Origin: Selaginella moellendorffii
Taxonomy: Eukaryota; Plantae; Lycopodiophyta
Reading direction: 5' to 3'
Length of the DNA: 64,000 nt
Assembly (NCBI RefSeq): GCF_000143415.4
Contig: NW_003314360.1
Coordinates: 13,328 to 77,327 of the forward strand
The notes beneath the pieces are model-generated. The model was not told the origin of the DNA, searched no databases, and worked only from the letters and a program-made list of their open reading frames with translations. Of the stretch, positions 11,600-25,156 are shown piece by piece. The translations under genes and the position numbers were made by a program. The stretch's first letter is position 1. Every line of letters starts with the position of its first letter.

Positions 11600-14400
11600 T
11601 TTTGTGTTTCCTGACCATCTAGAAAAAATACAGTAGGACTCATGTGGCTGCTCTCAATGTAGCCTCTTGTAGAGAAAAGACTGCCTCCTTGACACAGAAT
11701 GTGCTCTGCTTTGGCCGTGAGCCCATTGCTCACATAAAATTTGATCATGTGGTTTCACCAGGTTTTGCTCAAATCATGTGCAACAGATATGGCAGAGGAA
11801 ATCTTAGGAGTTTGATACTTTGATGGCATGCCACAAGGAGACACAAGCCTTTGTAAGTTGGATGTTCTTCATTATTAATGGAAATCACCGGTGGCTAGCA
11901 TTTTGGAGGTGTATTCAAGAGAAGTTCCAGGATGATGATGAGCAATATATTGGTGTTCCAATGACACTTGTGGAGCTAGAGGATCAAAACCAAGTTATAA
12001 GGCTCAACTTGGCATATCACAAGATTAACATATAAGAATCCCTTATTAGTAACTTTTATTCTCACAACTATGTTATAGGCTTAATCAGTTTGCTTTCCAA
12101 GTACATACCTTGGTCCATGATATCAAGCACCTTCGATATGTTGGTATACTTTCTCTCGAGGAAATCTAGATGCTATATAGTCGTGAGATTATGAAAGTAG
12201 TTCAAGCAAAGCTTATAGCACATAAAGGCCAGGAGTTGCTTACTTGGTATCAGGTGCCAATGGATTTTTTGGTTGCGGTCTAGGCAAAAGTATCCTTTTC
12301 TTGCATGAACTTGTGTTTTTTACTCACAAGTTTTCCTTTTAGCCAATTGTCAAGGTGAAGCAAAACTTATATTTGAAGATTATGCAAGTGACGGATGAGG
12401 TGCAAAAGAACCTTGAACTGCGACAAATTAAGCAGCACATTTTGAACTTGAAGAAATCAAAGGTGAAAAAGCTACTTATGATTGCAGACATCCGACGCGA
12501 TAAAGATTGGTTGGATTGCATAGTAGAGATATGCTCTCATGGCAGTAAGCTAGTCCTTTTTATCTTTCTCATTCCACTTTAAAATCCTTGTCCTTGCAGG
12601 AAATGGTAAATCACCTGAAGAATTGATTTATAATATCGCAAAAAGCAAGCTCTCCTTCAATGAACAAACCTTTGCTTGGAGCTCCTCAACACTTGGCATC
12701 ATAACAATGGTAAGATGTTGGAGAGCAAACTTGAGAATGTTATGAAGGAGAAACTTTATATCACTTAGAGTATTGTGGCTGCTAAGGAGTTACTTCAAGC
12801 ATGGGATACGAAGTTCCTTATTAGTGCCTACACCGGCATAACACTTCCAGAATATGTCCGAGCTTCCCTTCAAGAGCTTGGGGATGGATGGCTACTTGAT
12901 GGCAGCTCAAGCTCCATGGATTTCAAGAACCAGCTGGGCCAACCATTTTTCTTGTGCCACATGGCATATAGGTATATTGTAAGAAATTGACTTGCTTATT
13001 TAATCATGGCTCTTTTATAGGTATTTAAATCATTGCCCAAATGCTTTAGTGTACATAGCAAGTGTTTTTCTCAAGCTCTTAATTGGTGGGAAGAAGCTTG
13101 GCATGTATGAGCCAAAGTTCCATTGTCCCACTGTGCAGGAGCGAGAACTTTGTCCATGGTACTTGGAGTTGTGGAGGCAAATGCCATTGTCACCTTTTGA
13201 GCTTGATCTCCATCTCGAGTGTCATCTAAGTTTGATGAGTAAAACTTCCTAGCAATAACTTATGTTTCTACTTTATTGTAGAGGCACTTTTGGAGGGAGT
13301 GGAGATGCCTCAGGACAGGGATGAGATTCATATTGAGTAGACCGAAAAGGAACAAGTGGAGAATCCAACTGAAAACTCTCTTGCCCCATTTCATCTTACA
13401 ACAGTTGCTCATTCCCTAGATTTTACTGCCGTTGCTCATCCAGCCCTGAAGCCGATGAGTAAAACCATTTCCAATGACCTTGCTTATTGTAATTTTGTTG
13501 TAGATTTCGAAGAAACCAGCTAGCACTTTATACACTGATGTACAAATGCATTCTTTCCATCCCTTACCACTGCTATAGAGGATGACCTCCAAGAGTTATT
13601 TTCATCGGCTTCACATAAACAGGTATGAAAAAAAACATGTATTAACTTTAATATTTCCTGGTTTTGAACACTATTCAGGTTCGCCCTCTTTCTCCTACGG
13701 GAAGTGTTGACAACGTGGAAATAGTTATTGGGGATTACTTTCAGCTTTCCAAAAACATGAGCCAAGAGTCTTCTATGTTCCATCGATGGATGCGAGGATT
13801 GGGAATGAACAATACTTTCAGCATCAACCTCACATTCTTCGACTTGCCTGATGGGTTACCACCTTTACAAGGTGACACTCCATCCTGGAACATCCTTCGA
13901 CCAGACCATATTTCTCAAGCAGTGGATGTGGCATCCAAGGTGTTGCAATACGAGGGCATTATGCTAGTCATTCTTCCCTGTTCTTTATTTTGGGGAGGTC
14001 TTCTTGCAATGATGGCGGAGAATGATGACTCTAGATTGGTTGAGTTTCCATCAGGCTGCCTACTCTCAAACATCCCGGTCGAAACAAAAGGAGCTGGTGG
14101 CCGAATCCAAAAGGTTTGCATTTCCTTATTTTTCATATCTTAAATTGATTGCCTCTTTTCATTGTAGGTTTTAGCATGGAACTACCATGCTCTCTGCCGC
14201 TACTCTTGCCGTCATAGTATTACATGAACAATAGGTTTTGGTTCAATGGTGCTAGCGGCTAAAGAGATTGGGCGTGCAGTTTTTGCACTAGAGAAGGAGA
14301 GTGCATTTGAAGGTGTTCTTGGGACATTTCATAAGAGGTGATAATAAAGTATAAATTTCTTATTATAATAATTCCATCATGGTTGTGTATATTAGGTGGA
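11600..14400 (+). pseudogene. Decayed multi-exon gene: ParB/Srx-like N-terminal domain plus beta-class amino-methyltransferase-like C-terminal domain
   Basis: FIINGNHRWLAF (ParB-like GxHR box) near 11870; FFDLPDGL (motif IV-like) at ~13835; ASKVLQYEGIMLVI (motif VI-like); TIGFGSMVLAAKEIGRAVFALEKE (motif I-II like) at ~14228-14300. Several stops and broken splice sites. Boundaries approximate. Confidence 0.55.
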
Positions 14401-14799
14401 TCAATGATGTGGGCTATATTTTGCCATGTTATGCAGAAGCAATGGCACAAGCTCATATAGAACAAGAGCCCATAGTTAGAGAGCATAATACTATACAAAC
14501 TCCTCCTTTTATGGATGTGGATGCTGAGGAAGACTAAGTTTAGTTTTTTTTTAATCAAATTTTTTAGTGGTAATATAGAGTTTCTTCTTTGACTTATGAT
14601 ATTTTTTTTCTTATTGGACTTATATTATTTAGCTTTTTCTTGGACTGAAAATATGTCTTAAGTGTTTAATAGAATTGTTAGTTCATCCCGAACCAATCAT
14701 TTGAATATCAACTTTTGTATTTGGTGGACTATATTGACTTTCAACCCAAAAACTACCCAGCCCCCTAAGAAAGGCTTCCTTGGAGTGCTACTATGTCCA

Positions 14800-15241
14800 G
14801 CCTCAAGTGCCTCAACATACTCATGCATGGTATCCATCATGCCATGCATCTCATCTTGCATATCTTGCTAATTTTGGTTAAGGGCTCATAGCTCATGAAC
14901 AACATCTTGAATGGTCCAAACCTCTGCAACTCCATCGGCACCATCATCGACAATAAGATTCTAGTATTTAGCTTGGTTGACCATCACAACTAACTCTTCT
15001 GATACCAATGTTACCATTCAGCATGAAAAGACAAAGATCTAATCTTCCTAAACTACACTACACCTTCTCTTGAGGTTCTTCACCACCCAACCACCCCTGA
15101 GCTACCTCAAAAGCTCCACCACGCTGCTGCTCCACTGTGAGCCCTAAGGTAGGTTAAGTTCCTTACCCTAAGATGCCTTCATATACCCTTGAACTTCCAT
15201 TTGACTGACGTTGACCACGTGGTCAAAGCTGGCACTTAACA
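14800..15241 (-). mobile_element. Family-Y Gypsy fragment: 5' LTR 15009-15241, PBS and gag start
   Basis: Reverse-complement homolog of 1675-2075; CTGATACCA (PBS) at 14999-15007. Confidence 0.85.
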
Positions 15242-15497
15242 TCTTTGAACCTAACAAAGTGTAAGTCTGAAGGTTAGTTGCTAGGCTTTGATGTCTCATA
15301 GGATGGGATCAAGCCCTAGATAACCAAGGCTCAAGAGATTATGGATCAGTGCCCACCAACCAACTTGAAGTAGCTTTGCGAGTTCCTTGGGCAAACAGGT
15401 TTCTTTTGCCATTTCCTCTACAACTATGCTGCATGTTCACAGCCTCTGATAGCTCTACTACAACACAACATTCCATTTTTATGGGGTGAGAGCTAGC

Positions 15498-18400
15498 TGT
15501 CAGCGACTAATTTTTCCATTCTACTTTAGTCACTTAACCACACCTCCAACCACTTGGAGGAGTCTCATTCACAACCTCCATAAGTCCAACTCAGGACTTG
15601 GGGCTTGCTAGCCCTGAGAATGGCATCCATGCCACCCAACCTTAGCACTTGGTCCAAGTGCTCCATGTGTCCGATCCCATGATCGACACCCCAAGGTACC
15701 ACCGACATATCGGCCCGTTACGCTAAGGCCATGCCCATTTACCTTGGTCACACTGGCGGTCCAACACCACCTATATTCCAATCCCGTCTCTCAAAGACTG
15801 CGTCATCCGTCCATGAGTGATCATCCCAGATCCACTCCTTAACATCCTTAGGATGCCTACAGACATGGGGAATAGCCTTCCCCGATATCTCTGTTCCGGT
15901 CCCCACCAAGTCCCTTTTCGACCATGGCCGTGTTCGCCAACACTGCCACTGGATCGAGGCCCACAGGCCCGACCATTACGTCCCACGGTCCTCTGGGACT
16001 TCCTCACCACACGACTGTGTCCTTGGTCACTACCCCAGAGGACTGCTCCTCTTCCTTTCCACAGTCTGGGCCTTTGGGACAACATTTCGGAACACCATGG
16101 CCTTACGCGAGCCACCTGGGTACTCTCCTCGCCTTTCGCCTTTAGGTGCTCTAGCCATGGGCTTAGAGCGAGGTTCCGTTGAGCCACGACAGGTGTCCAA
16201 GTAGGTAGTGCCACCCACACTTGGACTGGGAGCATCGGCCAGTCGATCTCCCGGGGGAACTAGAGCCGGCTCTTGAACACTTCACCAAGCTACCCCGCTT
16301 GTCGGTCCGTGTTCACTCTAGTCTTGGACTTCCCAGTGGGCAGCTCATCACCCAACACTGGGTCCGGCCTTCCTGGGCCAAACTGGCCTTTCCTGGCCAA
16401 GCTGGCTCCACTGCAGTCCTCCCCCTACTATACTTTTGGAGCTCACCAAACCCCCCAGGGTCTGGGAGACGAACGCTTTGGGCTTTCACCCTCTCAGGCT
16501 TCGAACTCGGACTCGGACTCGGGCTCGGACTCGGACTCGGACTCGGACTCGGATTCGAACTCGGCCTCGGACTCGGCCTCGGCCTCAGTCTCGGTCTCGG
16601 TCCCGATCTCGGTCTCGGTCTCGGTCCCGGTCTTGGTCTTGGTCCCGGTCTCGACTTTGGACTCCATCTCGGGTCCATCTCGGACTCCATCTCGGACTCC
16701 ACCTCGGACTCCATCTCGGGTCCTTCTCGGACTCCATCTCGGACTCCATCTCGGGTCCATCTCGGGTCCATCTCGGACTCCATCTCGGACTCCACTTCGG
16801 ACTCCATATCGGACTCCACTTCGGGTCCATCTCGGACTCCACTTTGGGTCCATCTCGGACTCCAACTCGGGTCCGCCTCGGACTCCATCTCGGACTCCAT
16901 CTCGGGTCCATCTCGGACTCCATCTCGGACTCCACTTCGGACTCCATATCGGACTCCACTTCGGGTCCATCTCGGACTCCACTTCGGGTCCATCTCGGAC
17001 TCCAACTCGGGTCCGCCTCGGACTCCATCTCAGACACTTCCATGTGTCATGTGTTGGTCCTTTTTGGGTCCCTTTTTGAAGCCTCGCTTATTGCTCTCTT
17101 TGTGCTTGTTCCTCGAGCACTTCGTTGGGAGTTCCACTCCCGCTCTCGACCTTTCAAGTCAGAGCTTTTAGTCCAAACGTGTTACGCTCGTTTGGTTTTC
17201 GCTTCGGCCACTACCACGTGGCACCCTTCCAGCTCCACTTTGGGGCCTAGGGATTTTGTGTCTCACAACTCCACCACCCATAGACGAAGTTCGATGTCCT
17301 CATCGAACGGTGAACCATTTTATAAAGTAACACCCGCATGTGTTACCATTTCCATCCTTGGCGCGTAGTCAATATTTGTCAATGGTTTGACATTGAAGGC
17401 TCACCATGCCTTCTCCACATTCGTCAATGGTTGGACATTAAAGGCTCACCATGCCTTTTGCATATTCCTCAATGGTTTGACACCAAAGGCTCACCATGCC
17501 TTGCCTATCCTCTAAGGAGGGTAGTCTCTCCAACTTAGAGACTAATTGGACCACATATAGTGGTTCTCTCCTTTTATTGGTTTAGTTCTAGCTAAACCTC
17601 TTAGCGACCCTTCTCTAAGTCAATCCCACTACTCCTTCTCGAGTAGTCTTAATTTCCATCTATTGAACGTTTGCACCTTGGAACTTTTACTCTTTTGACT
17701 TTTGGAAGTCAATTTCCTAAGTGTCTCCAACACCTTGCATTGCATAGATTGTGTAACTCCACTTCCCCATCCTAGGAAGTTCATTACTTGAGGGCACCAT
17801 CATCCTCTCTTCTATTTTGTGCCACCTTGGGCACTAAGTTCCATTTATCATACTTTGTGCTAGGGCTGTCCATGGCCCTATCATTTGGCTACCTTACCGC
17901 TCCCTCCCTTGGAGCTTCCACTTTCGCCAAATCGGAGCAATTCGGAATCCATCCTTGGAAACACACTTCCTTTCCCGCAATTTGTTAGCGTCCAACACAT
18001 TAGTGTTCTTTGCCTAACTTTGTCACTTGGATTCCTTCCAAGGGATTCCACGGCCCTATCTTGGCCACTCATCTTTTGCTCCTATCCGTTGATTGTTGCA
18101 CCAAGTAACATCGAATCTCTACCTCCCTCCTTGAGGTATTCTTTTGATTCCATAGCAAAGGCTCTGCTTTGCCAAGACTAGGGTGTTCACCCCTAGTAAG
18201 TCTCTTTTAGCATCTTCTGCTGTGGGCTCTATCCACGGCCCAATTTTGTGACCCTCCCATGGGTCTCTTTAGAGACTACTTTCCTTGGACACACTATGCC
18301 ATCGCAATGACATAGCTCATTTCCCTAAGGTGCTTTTCCCACTTGGTCACCTTGACCAAGCCACACCATCATCAATAGTTCAAATCAACACTTTGAACTA

Positions 18401-21400
18401 GGAACCTTATTCCTTAACCCAAACAAGGACCTTGTCCTTATTTAGCCACAAGATCACCTAGTGATCTCACCTCGGCACCTTAACAGGTTTGCCAATAGGT
18501 ACTAGGTCTTCCAGACCTTTAATTTGTTAACTACGACCCCGGGGGCATCCCCCACACTTGGCAGTGCGCCCAAGCCAGCCCTTCCGGCCAAGGGTCCATA
18601 GCAACTGAGATTAGGTGTCCCCATCTCACTCACCACGTCCTTGGTGCCATTTGCACCAAAGCGTTCAAGTTAGATATGCCGAGCTTTCATACTAAGCAAT
18701 CTAACCGTGCATCACGACTCCAAGGCATCCCTCGCTTGGCGGTGTGCCCAAACCAGTCTCCCCATTGAGAGTCCATGACCACCGAAATATGAGTGTCCTC
18801 ATATTCCAAACCATCACCACGCCCTAGTGATTTGGGACTCGAACCCAAGCACTAGAGGGTCGGGACTCGAACCCAACCTCCGTATACGGATGGCATCACC
18901 CAGGATGTCTGGCGTGACTCCGCACGCCGGTGCACCAACTTTTACTCAAAGCGCGCTACAGATCACAGCTTAGGAACCTAGTTCCTCTGCACTGCCAAAT
19001 CCTCTCACTTGACAAGCCTGTGATCATGCATGGACTCCTCCATGCTCGGCCCCATGGGCCACCCCTTTGAATTTGGCTCCTTCAACTAGGGTATTCGTTC
19101 CCCCCGACTTGCCAATCTCACTTAGCAAGTCATCCGGCCACTGTAATATGGTTCATACACAAGCGTGAAAGCCCTTGATCCTCGACTTTCGTTCAAAGCC
19201 TTCTCTTTGAACACTCGGGAACTACTTCCCTAACCTTGATAGCCTTGCCTCATGGCAAGCTTCAAGACCACGCTTCTGCTGCGCCACTCTGATTTCGCGC
19301 GTTCCTTGAACCATTTACGCTTGGCCTTTCTAGGTACTAAGCTACCCAGAATCCTCTTTGGGAACCTTGAAGGAACTCTGTCCCTTAGCTTGCTAAGGCC
19401 CCCCTTTTTGCAAGCTTTCCAATTACCATATAGCCTAACATGGACAATCCCATATTTTAGACTCTCCATGGCATCATGGTTGCTAGCGGCAACACCCTCG
19501 AGCCCCCACTTGATTCTCCACTCCCAGCTGGCATAACCAACCTTGGTTATGCCCTTCGATTCCTATGGTTCGGTTCTATCCTCTTACTTCTTGCTTTTGG
19601 CTTCACACCTTTCCTTCGGTCATTCTCCTCCAGACCCGGAGGATAGCTTTGCACTTTCTATCATGCCTTAGCAAGTATTCTTAGGGATGAACCTACCCGA
19701 TAGCCTAGGGAGTGGTTCCTCAATCCAGGTATGCTCACCCTATAATCCCACACACCGGGATTACGTTGTTGCTTACGGGCCTTTGCATGCCCATCGCTAG
19801 CCTTGCCAAAATTCTATTTTTTGGCTTTGTCCAATTCGAGTAGACAGTCTTCTCCTGTCTCCGCCACCTTGGACATTTGGATAGCACCTACTATCCAACA
19901 TTTGCTAGGGACTTAGTCCCTTGGGCCTTATCTATTGCCCTCGCGACATCAAACACCACCTTCTGGTGTTCTAGAGTGTTCGGGTGTCCTAATGATGGCT
20001 TTCTTGACAATGAGTATTTCCTTTTATGACATTGACTTACTATATCGCAACACAAGCAACTTATCCCCCGTAAGGGTATATCCGACTTCCCTACGCTATT
20101 AAGAAGTCTTGGGTAGCTACCTTCTACCCATTTAACCAGTTATTTTGCACCTCTTGCTCAGTTGCCTCATAGTTGTCAAGTCCTACAACTCATTGCTTGG
20201 TGCTTTCACACCTCCATCATTATCTGGGTCACCACACTCCAATTGCATGCTCTGCAGCTTAGGCTATGCCATTCCCATTTCCATTGGGATTCCTTTGGCA
20301 AGGGGTTCTCATGAACCCACCAACATAGCCTCAAGGTATCACACCTTGGCACATTTGGTGTCTCCACACCATCGGCTCTACGAGCCTACCTCTATGACAC
20401 TTCCCCGTAGTGTCTAAGTCTTTGCCAAGACCAACCATCCGTTAGCACCGCACCATAAAGGTCACACACAACTTTGTGTCAAAGTTGTTTTCTTCTGGGA
20501 ACACCTTTCCCATAACTTTAGCATGGCACATTTTACCATCGATGAGATACCCTCTATTCTCATCCTTGGATCCTATGATCCCCCCCCCCATCCTTCGTGG
20601 GGTACAACACACCTCAGTCCAAATGCTTCCATCAGTCCTTTTAGGACCATTCCTTGACTCTACTTGAGTCTCCAGCAGTTTTGGACTTGGTTAATCCACA
20701 GACCCATAAGGTCCTACTTGTGAGGCACTAGCTCACTGGAATACACTTCTTGCATTCCTGTCCTACTCAAAAGGACTATTTTCACGAGTGTTACTCCGAC
20801 ACTTGATTTTGTTCTCTGGGGGCAACCTTTGCCCCTTAGGACTACTTGTCCATGTGATGAGAATACCAACTCATCCACTTAATACACCCCCAACTCCTTG
20901 GGTTGTTCCAGCATTTATTAGAGGTAGCCCCGGCTACCATTTCGAGGATTCGTATCCTCATCCATACTTGACCTCTCATGGTCATCCATTCCGGTCTCAC
21001 CTTCATGAGCACCAGCCTCAACCACGTGAGGATAAACTTGTGACTCCTTTATTGTTTTTGGAGTCTCTATCTTTCCCGTGATCCCAACTATAGTTGTTTA
21101 CCACAACTATGTTAGCCCGTCTGCTGCGTCAAACGCTCATCTGGATCACATCCTCATTTCTCTGAGGAAACCTTATACTGTTCCCAAGATCCCAAAGTCG
21201 TTCCATTATTGGCCCTTTTCTATCCACCACTTTGTCTACAAGTTCCCACATGAACTGTAATGGAGAGCCATGTCTTCCCGACTTGCTACTCCTCAAGGAT
21301 AGGCCCACTCCTCAGACCTTCCGATGCCAACAACAGTGGTGATATACTTGAGCACCAATAAAAGTCGGACTAAGGAACAGCTCCGATACCAAGTTGTCAG

Positions 21401-23187
21401 CGACTAATTTTTCCATTCTACTTTAGTCACTTAACCACACCTCCAACCACTTGGAGGAGTCTCATTCACAACCTCCATAAGTCCAACTCAGGACTTGGGG
21501 CTTGCTAGCCCTGAGAATGGCATCCATGCCACCCAACCTTAGCACTTGGTCCAAGTGCTCCACGTGTCCGATCCCATGATCGACACCCCAAGGTACCACC
21601 GACGTATCGGCCCGTTACGCTAAGGCCATGCCCATTTACCTTGGTCACACTGGTGGTCCAACACCACCTATATTCCAATCCCGTCTCTCAAAGACTGGGT
21701 CATCCGTCCATGAGTGATCATCCCAGATCCACTCCTTAACATCCTTAGGATGCCTACAGACATGGGGAATAGCCTTCCCAGATATCTCTGTTCCGGTCCC
21801 CACCAAGTCCCTTTTCGACCATGGCCGTGTTCGCCAACACTGCCACTGGATCGAGGCCCACAGGCCCGACCATTACATCCCACGGTCCTCTGGGACTTCC
21901 TCACCACACGACTGTGTCCTTGGTCACTACCCCAGAGGACTGCTCCTCTTCCTTTCCACAGTCTGGGCCTTTGGGACAACATTTCGGAACACCGTGGCCT
22001 TACGCGAGCCACCTGGGTACTCTCCTCGCCTTTCGCCTTTAGGTGCTCTAGCCATGGGCTTAGAGCGAGGTTCCGTTGAGCCACGACAGGTGTCCAAGTA
22101 GGTAGTGCCACCCACACTTGGACTGGGAGCATCGGCCAGTCGATCTCCCGGGGGAACTAGAGCCGGCTCTTGAACACTTCACCAAGCTACCCCGCTTGTC
22201 GGTCCGTGTTCACTCTAGTCTTGGACTTCCCAATGGGCAGCTCATCACCCAACACTGGGTCTGGCCTTCCTGGGCCAAACTGGCCTTTCCTGGCCAAGCT
22301 GGCTCCACTGCAGTCCTCCCCCTACTATACTTTTGGAGCTCACCAAACCCCCCAGGGTCTGGGAGACGAACGCTTTGGGCTTTCACCCTCTCAGGCTTCG
22401 AACTCGGACTCGGACTCGGGCTCGGACTCGGACTCGGACTCGGACTCGGATTCGAACTCGGCCTCGGACTCGGCCTCGGCCTCGGTCTCGGTCTCGGTCC
22501 TGATCTCGGTCTCGGTCTCGGTCCCGGTCTCGGTCTTGGTCCCGGTCTCGACTTCGGACTCCATCTCGGGTCCATCTCGGACTCCATCTCGGACTCCACC
22601 TCGGACTCCATCTCGGGTCCTTCTCGGACTCCATCTCGGACTCCATCTCGGGTCCATCTCGGGTCCATCTCGGACTCCATCTCGGACTCCACTTCGGACT
22701 CCATATCGGACTCCACTTCGGGTCCATCTCGGACTCCACTTTGGGTCCATCTCGGACTCCAACTCGGGTCCGCCTCGGACTCCATCTCGGACTCCATCTC
22801 GGGTCCATCTCGGACTCCATCTCGGACTCCACTTCGGACTCCATATCGGACTCCACTTCGGGTCCATCTCGGACTCCACTTCGGGTCCATCTCGGACTCC
22901 ACTTCGGGTCCATCTCGGACTCCAACTCGGGTCCGCCTCGGACTCCATCTCGGACACTTCCATGTGTCATGTGTTGGTCCTTTTTGGGTCCCTTTTTGAA
23001 GCCTCGCTTATTGCTCTCTTTGTGCTTGTTCCTCGAGCACTTCGTTGGGAGTTCCACTCCCGCTCTCGACCTTTCAAGTCGGAGCTTTTAGTCCAAACGT
23101 GTTACGCTCGTTTAGTTTTCGCTTCGGCCACTACCACGTGGCACCCTTCCAGCTCCACTTTGGGGCCTAGGGATTTTGTGTCTCACA
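15498..23187 (-). mobile_element. Full-length non-autonomous LTR retrotransposon (LARD-like, family X)
   Basis: LTRs 21395-23187 (5') and 15498-17267 (3') with TG...CA ends; TSD CTAGC (15493-15497, 23188-23192); PBS TGGTATCGGAG at 21381-21391 and PPT at 17268-17280, both on minus strand. The 4.1-kb interior has no recognisable long ORF. Confidence 0.95.
16500..17035. repeat. Tandem array in family-X LTR: 6-mer CTCGGW followed by 11/12-mer GGGTCCATCTC/GGACTCCATCTC
   Basis: Directly visible. Equivalent arrays at ~22400-22955, 37105-38360, 45930-46330 and 47820-48310. Confidence 0.95.
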
Positions 23188-25156
23188 CTAGCAACAGCCT
23201 TTGAATCATTGAAGTAGTCACTCTACGCGGCCCCGGTACTCCAACCACTAGAACGACAACTTCCTTCCGAAATTTACATCATGACTAGCATAGAGGCTTT
23301 TGGAGTATGCCTTTGCCAACATTTAGAGCCTAACAAGCCACCACATGCAATATATTATGCCTCACATTCGTTCAAGGAGACTGAGAAGAAGTACGTGGAT
23401 GTGGAAAAAGAAGTAATGGCTATTGTTTACACCTTGGAGCAATTTTGTCACTTTCTCACTGGAGCCCATATCCATTTCCATGTCTATTTTAATGTGTTGA
23501 CCTTTTTTTATAGCAACCGGTTCACAATCCTTATACTTTATCTTGGATTGTGATTATCCAAGAGTTCTAGCCAACTTTTCACATGCGGCGGAAGCGTGTG
23601 ATGGATCCGAGCGAGTTCTTGGTTGCTGAAGCTACCTCCTTCGTGGTCCCAGCAGTGTTATAGGACATTGCAGTGTACCTAGATTCAAGCAAGTTCTTAG
23701 CAGATTCCTCACCAGTGCAACAAAAGGCATTGGAGATCTAAGCACGAGTGTTTTGCCTTCTTGACGGACACCTTCACAAGAGGACTTCTTAGGATGTTTT
23801 GTTGCAGTGTGTGGGTGAACATGGGGTTCTTGAGCTCCTTCGTGCTTTCCACTCTTATGTGGGGCATTTCTCGGGACAGGTCACAACACTACTCCTCTAG
23901 CGCCATAGCTACTTTTGGCCTCAGATTCACCAAGACAGCTTGGATTATGCAAAGGAATGTGAGCAATGCCAACAATGTTCCATGTCTTCCTTTCCAACTT
24001 GTCACTTCTCTGGGTCCCTTTTTCTAGTGGGGACTTGACTCGTTGGCCCGATCAACCCATTGAGCTCAAAAGGATAACGATACATCATCATGGTGATGGA
24101 CTATTTCATGAAATGGGTTGAGGCCATCCCTCTGCGACAAGTAGATCAATAATCTATAGTGAAATTTGTCTACAAGTACATCGTTTGCCAATTGGAGTTC
24201 CTGCAATTTTGATTTCTGATTATGGTAGCGGCTTCCTTGGACAAGTAATGTAGCATCTTCTCCAGCAGCTGCAGGTCAAGCACATGAAGAGCAACAGCTA
24301 CTATCCTGAGTGCAATAGCAATGTAGAGTCCAGCAACAAGATATTAAAAACAATCATCTCAAAGCTTGTGGAGGATCACCCAAGGCGTTGGCACGAGCAT
24401 TTGGTTATGGCATTGTGGGCCTTTCAGACGTCCATCTCTGTGACCCCATTCTCTCTTGTCTATGGGACAGAGGCCGTGCATCCAGTAGAGATCCAAGTGC
24501 CATCTGTCAAGAATCCCCCAATTCTTGCCACATTCCTAACTCTCGCCGGATTCCTGACCTGCAGACCACATTCCTGATTCTCGAGACACTTCCCTATTCC
24601 TGACTCTCGAGACATTCTTGACTCTTGAGACACTTCCCTATTCCTGACTCTCAAGACACTTCCCGATTCCTGAGTCTCGAGCCACATTCCTGATATTGAT
24701 GTGGCGCCTCCTCGACCTCAACTATATTTAGGCCGTCCTCAATCCAAGAGTGGTGGAGCTTCATCAACCTATAATATATATAGGTTAGCCTTGTTCCATT
24801 TCTCCACAATCTGAATCAACACCAGTCTAAGGCTTCTTCTTTGTTTTCACTAGCTTTTTCTCTTTGTCTTTAGCATTTTCCAATCTTGATCTTGTTGGGG
24901 GTCTTGACAGTTTGATTCAGATTGTGGTTTTTGCTTTTCTTTTAGCTCTCTTTGATTATTTGATTGCCTTTGTCTTTTTCCCCCTTTCTTTTCTTTCTTC
25001 TTGCCAATGGAGTCTCCAAGCCATCCTAATTTTTTTGCCGAAGTCCTTGCAAAAATCCAGTCTTAGAATACCGAGTTGAAAGTGACCCTTCTTCGCATGC
25101 AGTAGGAGCTTGCTTCACTTTCGGCTCAAGGATCCAGCAAAGTTCCTGAACCGAAG

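Noticed and set aside
16221-17368. Long overlapping Ser/Asp/Arg/Gly-rich ORFs here and at 22.1-23.2, 36.9-38.7, 45.6-46.6 and 47.7-48.5 kb
   Set aside because: By-products of stop-free 6/11/12-bp tandem repeats in LTRs; open in most frames on both strands.
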